Positions 13,886 to 25,730 of a DNA stretch of 30,250 bases are shown piece after piece (positions within the stretch are counted from its first letter, which is position 1; each line of letters opens with the position of its first letter). Source of the DNA: Eledone cirrhosa. Taxonomy: Eukaryota. The translations under genes were made by a program, and so were the position numbers. The notes beneath the pieces are model-generated. The model had not been told where the DNA came from. It ran no database searches and worked only from the letters and a program-made list of their open reading frames with translations. The stretch spans positions 1-30,250 of the forward strand of contig CAXHJY010000699.1 of the NCBI GenBank assembly GCA_964016885.1, written 5' to 3'.

Positions 13886-13917
<32 letters not shown>

Positions 13918-14014
13918 GTATATATATAATTACAAGAAACGAAGAGAGCTGTGTGGTTACTGTAGACAAAGTTTAAGATGGTAATATGAACGAAACAAGA
14001 GAAGGACCCCTTCG

Positions 14015-14049
<35 letters not shown>

Positions 14050-14053
<4 letters not shown>

Positions 14054-14889
14054 AATATACATTTAGCGAGAATCGTATTTCGGCGGGTAGAAATTAGCGA
14101 AACGCAATTTCCGAATTGTCTTGACAAGCGCTCAATGGATATGAAGAAGATACCAGAGCTATAAACATAAGTTAAAAAGGCCATAAAAAACTGAGACGAT
14201 GGTTAAGAAGCCATTAACCACGTAAGCCAAAAAAGCGAACAAGCTTAGCGTGTGAAACAATTTTAAGATATGATGGAAACATTTACCCGGACCCACGGAG
14301 ATGATGGTATAATCCGATATTGGGTTTCTGCGACACCTAAATCAATAATACTGTCTGCTTATAAAAAAATATTCACCTTTTGGTATAATGATCGAACAAG
14401 GATATCACTTTCTCAACAGGCATGTTCTGCGTGCGCCAGGAACCCACAGTGTTCGAAAGCACATGTGAAGTCCACAGGGGAGAAAACCCCTATTTTAGCA
14501 AATAAATTCAGTATGTGTAGTCATTGCAAAAATTTGCAAAAAAGCACAAAACGAATTAAGCTCTCAAGCGAGTAGTTTTAAAATAAACTTAAGCGATTAA
14601 TCAGTCAATAGAATTAACTTAAAAGATCAAAAATATTAACTGGTTAATTGCTAGATTTGGGAGATTAATACAAATATACTTTTAGCGAGAATCGCATTTC
14701 AGCGAGTAGAAATTAGCGAAACGCAACTTCCGAATTGTGTTGGCGACTGCTCGGTGGATATGAAGATACCAGAGCTATAAACATAAGTTAAAAAGGTCAT
14801 ACAAAACTGAGACGATGGTTAAGAAGCCATTAACCACGTAAGCCAAAAAAGCGAGCAAGTTAAGCGGGTGAAACAAAATAAGATATGAT
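14050..14889. repeat. Two diverged ~225-bp direct repeats flanking ~395 bp
   Basis: 14050-14274 aligns by eye with 14668-14889; (TA)n on both outer sides. Confidence 0.85.
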
Positions 14890-14890
14890 T

Positions 14891-14922
<32 letters not shown>

Positions 14923-14972
<50 letters not shown>
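14923..14972. repeat. (GA)n microsatellite
   Basis: Pure GA run following a TA run. Confidence 0.97.
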
Positions 14973-14973
<1 letters not shown>

Positions 14974-15250
14974 ACTGGAATGTAATATCTGTGGTGGTAG
15001 AGCACTCAGTCAATGGGACGAGTTTAGTAGAAGTAGTAACACAACAGTTAGTTCACCATATCGAGAACAAGTGTCTAGTTTGGAAGGTGTTCGTGTTTGC
15101 GAAAGGAAATGTTAACGACTCAGTCAAAAAGGTCCGCTTCGAAAGGAGCGAGTTCAGTTAATTTAGGAGGGTAGGCTCTCGATTTCAGGATGAAGGTGTT
15201 AATGACAATTGTTCTCCGTATGATGAACTAACTGTTGTGTTACTACTTAT

Positions 15251-15311
15251 ATAGGAAAAAGTTTAACCTCGACGGCTTGAGCTCTGCCGTCGGGGTTAAA
15301 CTTTTTCCTAT
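15251..15311. repeat. 26-bp-arm hairpin
   Basis: ataggaaaaagtttaacctcgacggc / gccgtcggggttaaactttttcctat with a 9-nt loop and one G-T pair. Confidence 0.9.
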
Positions 15312-15404
15312 TACTCACTCTACTACCCTAAGTATTGAGTGCTCTGGTGCGTTATGGTCCATCTGGTTCCTTACCACACCTCCTTCGTTAAATATATATA
15401 TATA

Positions 15405-15704
15405 ATTGGTGTTGTATGCTTAAAGCGTCCGTATGCGGTAGGCCGTATGAGCACTCGATGTTCTCATAGAGCAGAGTATGATATCACAGAACAAAAGAGG
15501 ATCAGTGTTGCGACAAATGGAAATTATTGGAAGGTCCTCAGATGCGTCTTGATTCTACGAAGACGAATCTGAGGACCTTGAGATTTTCAGAGTCAGGTTC
15601 GATCATCACATCGATCGTGGCTCGAGGTGGTCGCCCGAGAAACGATTGTAATATGTCCAATAAATTCCATTCGTCGCAACACTGATTCTCTTTTATTTTC
15701 TGTG

Positions 15705-15707
<3 letters not shown>
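15405..15707. mobile_element. Fold-back Penelope-like pLTR fragment
   Basis: 15483-15531 is inverted at 15656-15706; inner hairpin aaggtcctcagat...atctgaggacctt at 15531-15579; TCGAGTGCT on the minus strand at 15450-15458; TA flanks. Confidence 0.6.
15562..15657 (+). ncRNA. Hammerhead-like motif with enlarged, irregular stem II domain
   Basis: Stem I gacgaat/atatgtc (6 of 7 pairs); CUGAGGA 15569-15575; GAAA 15639-15642; near-palindromic ACGATTGT; GUA triplet. Stem II ccttgag/ctcgagg is separated from GAAA by 11 extra nt. Confidence 0.45.
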
Positions 15708-15746
<39 letters not shown>

Positions 15747-16052
15747 CATACTTTCTGTGATTATATATATATATATACACACATACTGTAGTAAAAGTTT
15801 GGTAAAAATATCCAAAGATAAGAGCACTGAGTCCATAGGATGAGTTTAGTATAAATGATTCCAACAGTGACATAAACATGTTCTTAAGTTTCGTTGGTTT
15901 CTGAAACCTAATTCATTCAGCCTGTCATAAGAAAAAGAAAAATATTTTTTTGTTTTAGATAGGTAAAGATTTGTGGATTTGGGTATCGATGTATGCATCT
16001 ATTGAACTGTGAAGTAATGTATATGAAAGTATACCCAAATAAATGAACCAAT

Positions 16053-16151
16053 TCAGTTGTACTATTATGTTCCACCTGTTGTATTGTATATCTACGCCAA
16101 AAAATGGCGTAGATATACAATACAACAGGAGGAATATAATAGTACCACTGA
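16053..16151. repeat. 47-bp-arm inverted repeat with A5 loop
   Basis: tcagttgtactattatgttccacctgttgtattgtatatctacgcca aaaaa tggcgtagatatacaatacaacaggaggaatataatagtaccactga. Confidence 0.92.
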
Positions 16152-16186
16152 TGATGTTGCAGATGTGCAACGAAAGAACTTTGTTA
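16143..16186 (+). ncRNA. Hammerhead-like motif, extra-nucleotide variant
   Basis: CTGATGA t gttgca-gatg-tgcaac GAAA gaactt tg; same layout and GAAAGAACTTTG as 7581-7623; stem I imperfect. Confidence 0.5.
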
Positions 16187-16669
16187 GACTATATATATAT
16201 GTTTATATCTATACTAAATCTGTATTTTTGACCGTTAGTCAGTCAATGATAAACATTGAGGACCAAATGTACCAATTGAAATCCCGGTAATGACGGATGA
16301 TGCTGATGTTTGATTAAAACCATTTCAACATTGAAAATTACTAATTAAAAAGAAATTATCAAACATTAAATCGAGATATACATTAAAATTCGTGTTCCTT
16401 TTCTGTTCAAACCATAGTTAGTATTTCTAAGTAGACTAGGCTACTATTACTAGCACGTAGAAGAAAACCTAATCAAGTTATTTTCGAAGTGGGCATATTT
16501 TGTAGATGCAAATAAGAGTTATTTAAATGTTGTTGAAGTTACGTGTTAAAGATGGGTTGAATGGCCGTGATCAGAGAAAGGAGACATTTTGGAGAGGCGA
16601 GAGGGGAATATTAGATTTCAGCGAATTAACCTCGCTAGAATCGACTGAAATATATCTAATGTAACATGT

Positions 16670-16775
16670 ATTGCTGTTGTTGTTGTTGTTTTTGTGGTTA
16701 TTGTTGTTGTTGTTGTGGTGGTGGTGGTGGTGCTGCTGCTGCTGCTGCTGCTGGTCGCTGTTGTTGTTGCTGTTG
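16670..16775. repeat. Compound (GTT/GGT/GCT)n tract
   Basis: Consecutive trinucleotide runs. Confidence 0.92.
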
Positions 16776-16870
16776 TCAGGAATCTGTTTGAAAAGAGATT
16801 ATTGAATGGAATACTAGATGAATAAAAAATGGTGATAATATATATATATATACGCGAGTGTGTGTGTGTG

Positions 16871-16956
<86 letters not shown>

Positions 16957-17149
16957 AATAAGTATGCATGCGATGCATCGAATCACATTCATACATTGAG
17001 CAGCAAATAACTATATAAATCCCGAAACATGGTAGATACGTTTACAGAATGCATACAACGCCTGGGTATATTCTATTGAAGCAAGGAATTGGAGTCTTAT
17101 ATATACAAGCTTTGTAAGAATTGTCTCTTTCTGTGTGTATACACACACA

Positions 17150-17637
<488 letters not shown>

Positions 17638-18370
17638 TGATGCATCTTTTTCTTCACACATCATGAAAGTGGCGACAATGTGCAGACGACTCGCTGGCTG
17701 GATCTTGAGGACTTTCCGGACAAGAGATCGAGACACCATGTTGACACCGTGGAGGACATTTGTCCTAAGCCGCCTGGACTACTGCTCCCAGTTGTGGTCA
17801 CCCCATAGTGTCAAACTAACCACGGAGCTTGAGGCAATCCAGCGAAGCTACACCAAGAGGATTGCCAAGATGAGGGAGACAAGCTACTGGGAGAGGCTAA
17901 AGGAACTGAACCTCTACTCCTTGGAGCGAAGACAGGAGAGATATGAAGAGATCTACAAGTGGAAAACCCTGGAGGGACTAGCACCAAACTTTGGCATTGG
18001 GAGCTGGACCAACCGTCGAACAGGACGTCACTGTGTGGTGCCAAAGTCCCATCTTCCACATCTAGAATAAGGAGCAGGTATTGCAATAGCCTGGGATTCA
18101 AGGGCCCTCAACTCTTCAACAAGCTGCCGAGGGATCTGAGAGATTTGCATGACGTGGAGGTGGATGTCTTCAAGAAACATCTCGACACCTTGTTATCCAG
18201 GATCCCGGATGAGCCCACAGCAAGACACGAGAGAAACCTAAGGGCAGCAGCAACAAACTCCCTCTTAGACCAGTGGCCAACCTATACAGGCTGGAGATAA
18301 GATGTGTAGCAACAAGGACGGTGTCCCAGCATGGCCTCAGCCGGATAGCTGAAACAGGTAAGAAAAAGAG
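17638..18370 (+). mobile_element. CR1-group LINE 3' fragment, frameshifted
   Basis: GWILRTF...VLSRLDYCSQLWSPH...LEAIQR...SYWERLKELNLYSLERR (17663-18070) continues in another frame as GPQLFNKLP...FKKHLD (to 18300). Confidence 0.88.
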
Positions 18371-18561
18371 TATGTACATATATATATATATATATGTACA
18401 TATATATATATATATATAATATATATATATTTACATATATATATATATATAATATATATATATATGTACATATATATATATATATATAATATATATATAT
18501 GTACATATATACATAATATATATATATATGTACATATATATATATATAATATATATATATA

Positions 18562-18619
<58 letters not shown>

Positions 18620-18730
18620 CATATACTCTTTTTTTTTACCTGTTTCAGCCATGACACCATAGTAAAACCCAATATATGGAACATCATATTATGTAACATT
18701 ATCCCATTATTTTAATTTATATTCCTTTGA

Positions 18731-18850
18731 GTTCCGATGAGCCACTCTGTTTTTTAAATATGTTAATTATTTTCAACTGAACCAGATCAATTATGATATA
18801 TAGTCATCTGATCCAGAAATATTACATGGTGTAGCGAAACAATTGTAAAC
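18731..18850 (+). ncRNA. Degenerate hammerhead-like motif with long stem II insert
   Basis: gtt CCGATGA gccac...gtagc GAAA caattgt a aac; palindromic ACAATTGT; U4 changed to C; stem I only 3 bp. Confidence 0.4.
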
Positions 18851-18878
18851 GGACATTATTATTATTATTATTATTTTA

Positions 18879-19064
18879 GGGCGGTGGATTGGCAGTATCG
18901 GTGGAGGGTCGGACGCCATCCTTTCTAGCATAGTTACGTCCCTTTACCATCTGAGTTCAAATCCCGCCGAGGTTGACTTTGCCCTTCATCCTTACGGGGT
19001 CGATAAAATAAAGTACCAGTAATGCACTGGGTAATTGCTGGCCTTGTGCCTAAAGTACAAACAA

Positions 19065-19066
<2 letters not shown>
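18879..19066 (+). mobile_element. tRNA-derived SINE, full length, with (ATT)n tail to 19120
   Basis: A-box-like TGGCAGTATCGG and B-box-like GAGTTCAAATCC; (ATT)n on both sides. Confidence 0.9.
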
Positions 19067-19120
<54 letters not shown>

Positions 19121-19170
19121 CTACATTCCTTACATCAAACTAAAATATACATATATATATATATATGTAC

Positions 19171-19209
<39 letters not shown>

Positions 19210-19296
19210 GAAAAATTGAACAGGGACAGAACAGAGAGGCAGTCCGATAAATGTTTATTAAATTCACGCTCAGGAGAGTGGGGGGGTAGGTGGGGG

Positions 19297-19328
19297 ACGA
19301 CGTTTCGGGCATAAGCCCTTCTTCAGGT
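19297..19328 (-). ncRNA. Degenerate hammerhead core
   Basis: Minus strand CTGAAGA a gggc-ttat-gccc GAAA cgtc; stem I essentially lost. Confidence 0.4.
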
Positions 19329-19623
19329 GAGAGTTCAAAAGGTGTGTAGGGGAGTGGTGGAGAGACATATAGCGATATGTATATATATATATATATGTAT
19401 ATGTACATATATATATATATATATATGTACATATATATATATATATATATGTACATATATATATATATAGAGAGAGAGATTTTGAGTTTGTTTGTTGTAT
19501 ACCAACACCTAAGTATGCAGGCTGGAGCACTCGACGAAGTGCGCAGGTTGGTTTGGTTACTCCGGAGTATTGTAAAATAAAGTTAAATAAAAGTCAAATG
19601 ATTAAAATTTAGCTTCGTTTATT

Positions 19624-19678
19624 ACTGCTATATATATTTCAGTGACAGCCATCTTTGGCTGTGACCTCTTCAGGCAGT
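19624..19678 (-). ncRNA. Type I hammerhead ribozyme motif
   Basis: Minus strand actgc CTGAAGA ggtcacagcca-aaga-tggctgtcact GAAA tatatat a gcagt; 5-bp stem I, 10 of 11 pairs in stem II, palindromic stem III, followed by AATAAA. Confidence 0.8.
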
Positions 19679-19799
19679 TTGAATTAGTATGGTATAGACA
19701 AGTACATATGTTGTTTAGGTGTATGATATTGTCAATACTCTGATATGCCCAGTTCCTTGTTTGGTTGTTAATTCACATAGGAACTGGAGTCATATGACT

Positions 19800-22700
19800 C
19801 CAGTTCCTCAGTTTTGAGAGCATTCCTCAGTCAGAAGTCTATAGAAATTCTTCCTGGGGTGAGGCTCCCTGTAGTGTTTGTGTTTGCTATTGTTAAGTAC
19901 TAGTGTTCTTTCTGTTCCTGTGAAGCCTAGCTTCTCAAGATTTGTATTTAGGCAGTTACTAACATACCCCAGTGCCTCAATAATTACAGGCATACATCTG
20001 AAGGTTAATCAGGTTGGAGTATCCGCAGATTTCTCATCAGTTCTGCATAGATATTCTCCTTTTCGCTAATCTTTGATATTATATTGGCATCTGCTGGGTA
20101 GCTAATTTCCACTACTGTGCATGCAGTCTTCTCCCTGTCCCATATCATAATATCTGGTCTGTTATGCCTGCATTTTATTGGGGGTTTTACAGGAACAGTC
20201 CACCAGTACTCTTCCATATTATGTACATGGATGTCTTCCACATTGTTGTAGCTTTTAATGTGTTTATTATCGGGGCTATCTTCTTTACGAACTGTATTGT
20301 ACAGTGTTTTGGCCACTACATCATGCCTCATAGGTAGATAGTACCGTGATGACATCTTTGGACAGCTGCTAATGACATAGGTGATATCCTCGATGTTAGT
20401 TCTGCAGAGTCGGCACTTATTTTCACATCTAGGTGTTTTGCCTGCATCCCTGTTTCTTTTGTGAATCAGGTATTTCGTGTTAATCTCCTGTTCTTGGATT
20501 GCAAAAGCGTATCCTTCAAAGTGGGAGCCAACATAGCGGTTGTTGGTCCAAGATAGACTACTTTCCTTATCTATATTACTCTCACTCTGGAGCTTCCTGG
20601 CAACATATCCATGTATGATTTTTTGCCAATAAGCATGCAGTTTTTCATCCCTGGACTCACTGCGATACTGCTGAGCGACATCCCTGGGTGTGAGTTTTTG
20701 ATTATCACACAGGGAATATCTCTCGAGGAGTTCCTTCCCAACTCTCATGATCTTATCTGTTTCATGCAGATAGATTTGCTTGAGAAATGGGCTCCTACGC
20801 TTCGAGGTTCGTAGATGTTGTCGGAGAGATATGATGCGACATTCAGATGTTGTCTGGACTGATGTTAGGCCTCTGCCTCCCTGATTACCTTTCAAGTAAA
20901 GGTGGTCAATGTCACTTTTGATGTGGAAGTTTCCGGTGTTGTTCAGTATTTTTCGAGTTCCAACATCAACTGCTTGGATTTCGACTATCGTCCAATTGAG
21001 TATTCCAAACGTTGGCGTTAGGACAGGCACAGCAAACACATTGTGAGCCACTGTTTTGTTTTGCGCAGAGAGTTCCGATGACCAGATCTTTCTTAATCGG
21101 GTGTAGTATTCCCTGGTTATGCGTTCTTTATTACAGATACCATTATAGGATATGTTCTCGTCTATCCCCATGTATCTGTAGCAGTCCTCATTAGATATCG
21201 GTGAAACAGTTCGGCCATTGATGACAATGTTGCTAGATTGGGTTGTTGTTTTTCCCCGCTTTACAGTCATGTATGAGCATTTATCTTGGCCAAACTCTAT
21301 TCCTATATCTTTTGAGAACGTTGTAACCAGGTCAAGATTTTTCTTCATCCCATCCATGATCTTGGCATATTTCAGATCGTCCACAAAGAAATTATGGGTT
21401 AGGTTTGTATTTCTGTCCTCTTGTGAGCCAATGATGTATCCCTCACATCTATTGAGCAGAAAGGACAAGGGATTTAATGACAAGATGAATAATATCACAG
21501 AGAGACTGTCCCCCTGAAATATACCCCTGCAATATTTTATTTTATCAGTGAAAATAGTCCTCCCTCTCTGTCTTTAACCTTAGGATAGTAGCCCAAGAAG
21601 AAGACAGCCTCTCTATGGCCCTGACAATAATGTCTGGGACTTTAGCAAATTGGAGGGCCTCTATCATCCAAGTGTGGGGAACAGAATCGAAATCTTTCCT
21701 GTAGTCTAGCCAGACTGTAGTCATATTCCTCCTAAGTTGTCGCACCTCCGACATCGCAGTTTTGATGATTAGGATTTGTTCATCACATCCCTAAACCCCT
21801 TTCTTTCCAGCTGCTTGTTCATCTGTTATTATTTTCACAGTAATCTTGGAGGAATAGGTTCAGGCAGATTGTATACATCTTATACATCAGGTTCTGACAT
21901 GCAATGGGTCGGTAGTTTTTCGCCAAGTGGGTGTCTTTGTTCTTGGGACCAGTAATGTTTGTGCTAATGTCACCCATTCTGGTATAAGTGTATCTCCCTT
22001 AAGAACTTGTTTGTAGAGGTCAGTAATATACCTCCGATAGAATATCAGTTTTTTATACCATTAGGCGACAATCATGTCTCTTCCTTGTGATTTCTTATCT
22101 TGGAGTTTTCCTATCACAGTCTCAAGGGTACCTCCACATATTTCCTATATTGAAATTCTTCTTTTCACCCCATATTTTGCTCCAAAGGAATCTATGTCTT
22201 TCGGGAATGGGGCCTCAGTGACACTTATTATTTTGTTCTTCATATCTTTTATTAAGCACTTTTCTCTCATCTACCTTCCTCAGGTATCGGCGTTTTTCGC
22301 TAACAGCTCTCAATTCTTGTTTGAGTGTGATCAGCTTATATTGAAGAGTTCTGGTTCTACTGTTACCATATATCGTCTCTATTTTATTTGTCACTCATTG
22401 TTGGTGAGGAATTAGGTTTTTTCGTGTTTGTTTGCATGTAAGGAACATTGTCACATATCCTATGGTTTTTCGTAGGTCAGCAATCTTTTTTTTATTTTAG
22501 TTATATATGATGGTATTTTTGGTGGTGTTCTGTTCTGTTGTTAATATATCTGCTATCACCAAGATAATGTTTCACTGTCGTTGCTAAGGCATATAAACAG
22601 GCGTTGATTTGCCAAAATGTTGGGGTTTTTATCCGTCGTAAATATTCATCCCCTATTTTGTCAATAACACGTAATATTTCATTATTTGGTTCTTTATTAA

Positions 22701-23430
22701 ACATTGTCGTTTTAATACGTTCAACAAGAGAGATATTTATACATGAGTTAATTTCTCTCTGGAAGATTTCGTTGAGGGAAATTTTCAATTGTTTATTTTT
22801 TTGATTATTATCAGTATCGATAGTATTTTCCACAACAGTCGAGGTAGACTCGGATGGTACACGTGGTGTCAAATTTCTTCGATTATTATTATTATTATTA
22901 TTATTTCTTCGATTATTATTATTATCGATAGTGTTTTCCCCAGCATTCGAGGTAGATTTAGATGGTACAGGTGGTGTCAAGTTTCTTACATCATAGTTGT
23001 TTCAAGGCGCTGTTCGACCTGGTTGCTAGGAAGTCTAGTATCATGGCGACCTGTAGCACGTGTTGTTGATTCCATGTTTGTTGTGGAGGACTTACAATTA
23101 ATAATATTTATCTTATTTTTACATTCAACAAACGTCGCTTGTTGGCGTAATTGTTTCGCTGTGAAATAATTTAGCTCTGGGTGCATTTCGTCCCAGTGTA
23201 GCTTCATTCTGTTCATATAGCCAATGGAGGGATTGTTTTTTCCCATTTTATAACAATTAAATAAATCATTGTTAAGTTCGCAACTCCAAGAGAAATGCGA
23301 TTTATAATTTCGGTTTCTTCTGTAGCTACAACTGAATAAAGTTTGTTTACCTTTCTTGTTGGTTGTCTTCGATACTTCCTTAATTTTGCTGTTGATGTTC
23401 TGTTCAGCCATGCTGTTTGTAGCAAATCAT
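19800..23430 (-). mobile_element. R4/Dong-clade non-LTR retrotransposon (RT + restriction-like endonuclease), near full length, disrupted
   Basis: In order: N-terminal WSCELNNDLFNCY...GYMNRMKLHW; WLDYRKDFDSVPHTW; QGDSLS; FVDDLK; zinc knuckle CRLC...ISSC; RHDVVAK; RPDIMIWD...VVEIS; PVIIEALG. Split by stops and frameshifts. Ends approximate. Confidence 0.9.
20005..21516 (-). pseudogene. Largest open segment of the R4/Dong ORF (RT C-terminal half, zinc knuckle, RLE)
   Basis: 497-aa frame. Appears to have a residue missing after DDLK and Y in place of the zinc-knuckle H, suggesting decay. Confidence 0.88.
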
Positions 23431-24065
23431 TGTAAAATGAATTAAGTATTTAGTCGGATATCTCTACGAATTCGAATAAAAGGTGTCTTCAGAAGATATA
23501 GTTAGAAGAATAACCAGTTATTCAACATGACTGTATTGTGGCATTACTGTCGGAGATAGTATTCATCTTAAATTTAATAAATAGTCTCCCACGCCAGAAT
23601 ATGCGACTGAGTGCGTTGACTGTACGGCATATATATGTATATATATATGTGTTTGTATGTATGTATATACGTATGTATGTATATACGTATGTATGGAGTA
23701 GACAGTCTTTCCTCACTTTAAAAAAATATCTTCACGCAGAGGCATTGTACGATAGAATTAATTAATAATTATTAATAATGGTATATCGTGCAATAGCCAT
23801 ACTCGATAACGAGGGGGCAGCCATCATGTATGTATAAAAATGCAATGTAGATCGATAAAATGCTAAAAGCATAGAAGCTATCGAAATTATTCCGTCCTTC
23901 CTTCCTGCTGCAAAACTGCTCAATGATAAAACGTGCTAAAAGAATACTTTTATGAGCAGTCTGAGGACGATATGTTTGCAGTTAATAATACATGAGTAGA
24001 AGATATTATGGCTGATAACCATCTAGGAAGTTTAACAATTTAACAAAAAAAACATATTTTACTAT

Positions 24066-24320
24066 GAAAACCCACCGGCAGGAGACCCAGAGGTAGATCT
24101 TGAGCAAGATGGTTGAATAATATTCCTTGATCTTGGCTGGTGATCCAGCCGGATCAGTTGGAGACTGTTGCATATGGCAGGACCTGCCGGAAGGTGCGTT
24201 TGAGGACCCTGTCCCCTGTGACCGTCTCAAGAATAAGTGGGCGAAGAAGAAGAAACGATGAAGTAGAAGAAGACGAAGAAGAAACGAAGAAGAAGTAGAA
24301 AAAGAAAAAGAAGAAGAAGA
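24066..24320 (+). mobile_element. Short RTE-type LINE 3' end with (GAA)n tail
   Basis: Manual translation from 24068 gives KPTGRRPRGRS*ARWLNNI; degenerate GAA tract at 24243-24320. Confidence 0.65.
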
Positions 24321-24353
24321 CCATAGTGCTTCTGTACATATGAAATTGTTAAT

Positions 24354-24539
24354 TAATTGTTTCTACTTTTGGCACAAGGCCAGTAATTATCTCAGTGCAT
24401 TACTGGTACTTTATTTTATCGACCCCATAAGGATGAAAGGCAAAGTTAACCTCGGCGGGATTTGAACGCGATCCGTAAAGGGGCGTAACTATGCTGCAAA
24501 GCATGGCGTCCGACCCTCTACCGATACTGCCAATCCACT
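24354..24539 (-). mobile_element. tRNA-derived SINE
   Basis: Reverse complement of the same SINE family. Confidence 0.88.
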
Positions 24540-24767
24540 AATGACCTTTTATAAAGGTGTTAGAGATTAATGAGAGAACTCGCTTTAGCCGACGAGACAG
24601 TCTTGTGAGCCACACGAGATGTCACTGTTAGGATTAAACAGGCTTCCTTTTCATCAGTTCCCGTGTAGGTCTTTAAAAGCTACGGGCAAGACCCTCTCCA
24701 CTTCCGACACAGCCCTGCCTCCCAATCAAAATAACGTCTGAATGGAGGAAAATTAAAATAATGTACG

Positions 24768-25313
24768 TCATCATGATGTTCATCATCACCATCATTATCA
24801 TCATTGCCATCATGATCATCATCATCATCATCATCATGATCATGATCAACATCGCCATCACCATCATGATAATGATCATCGTGATGATGGTCTCCATCCT
24901 CACTACCATCGTCGTAATTGTCATCATCATCATCATCATCATTACGATCAGCATCACCACCATCACCACCATCACCACCATCACCACCATCACCATCACC
25001 ATCATCACCATCACCATCATCACCATCATCACCATCACCATCATCACCATCACCATCATCAACACCATCACCATCACCATCATCACCATCATCACCACCA
25101 CCATCACATCACCATCACAACCACCATCACCATCACCACCATCACCACCATCACAACCACCATCACCATCACCACCATCACCACCACCACCACCATCACC
25201 ACCACCATCACCACGACCATCACCATCACCACCACCACCATCACCACCACCATCACCATCACCACCATCACCATCACCACCACCATCACCATCACCAACA
25301 ACAACAACAACAA
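24768..25313. repeat. Compound (CAT/CAC/CAA)n tract
   Basis: About 550 bp of catcaccat-type triplets. Confidence 0.95.
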
Positions 25314-25489
25314 TATATTAAATGTTAACCTCCTATATGTAAACGATGTCATAATTTGTTTTGACATTTTCACTAGAACATTATTTTAGTCAAAATATCG
25401 ATCTGTAGTTCTTGTAAAATAAATGTATTTTCACATGTTACCCACAGTGGAGCTCCTACACCTACACCTAATGACACCTGGTTATTTAT

Positions 25490-25730
25490 GGAACTTGGGC
25501 GCCGTAGAGTCAGCCTCCACCACTACACCTGGTGACACCTGGTTATTTCCGGTACTTAAACCGCCCTACAGTCGGGCTCCACCACAAGATCGGATCGTCG
25601 GCGGCCTGTCTGAGGCGGGAACCCCACGAGGTTAGGTGGCTGTTGCAGCGAGTGTCGCTGGCCACTGTCTGCGGGGATCCTTTTGATGTCTTGTCCGCGG
25701 GGCGTGGCCCTTCCACCACCGTGCCTTAGG
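25490..25730 (+). mobile_element. Probable CRE-clade (RLE) non-LTR 3' fragment
   Basis: GC-rich island; REPHEVRWLLQRVSLATVCGDPFDVL resembles the recalled CRE-type C-terminal consensus (..W/FL.QR.S.A..RGNA..IL). Confidence 0.5.

Noticed and set aside
14190-14228. Hairpin after ctgagacga in the 225-bp repeats as a possible HHR
   Set aside because: Both copies have GTAA rather than GAAA and a non-canonical core.
15883-15920. Minus-strand CTGAATGA...GAAACTTAAG hammerhead-like relic
   Set aside because: Extra base in the core and no NUH; probably decayed, too weak to call.
18879-18970. tRNA gene
   Set aside because: A/B boxes belong to the SINE head; no full cloverleaf, and the sequence continues into the shared SINE body.
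24600-24662. CTGATGA on the minus strand
   Set aside because: No stem II/GAAA arrangement follows.
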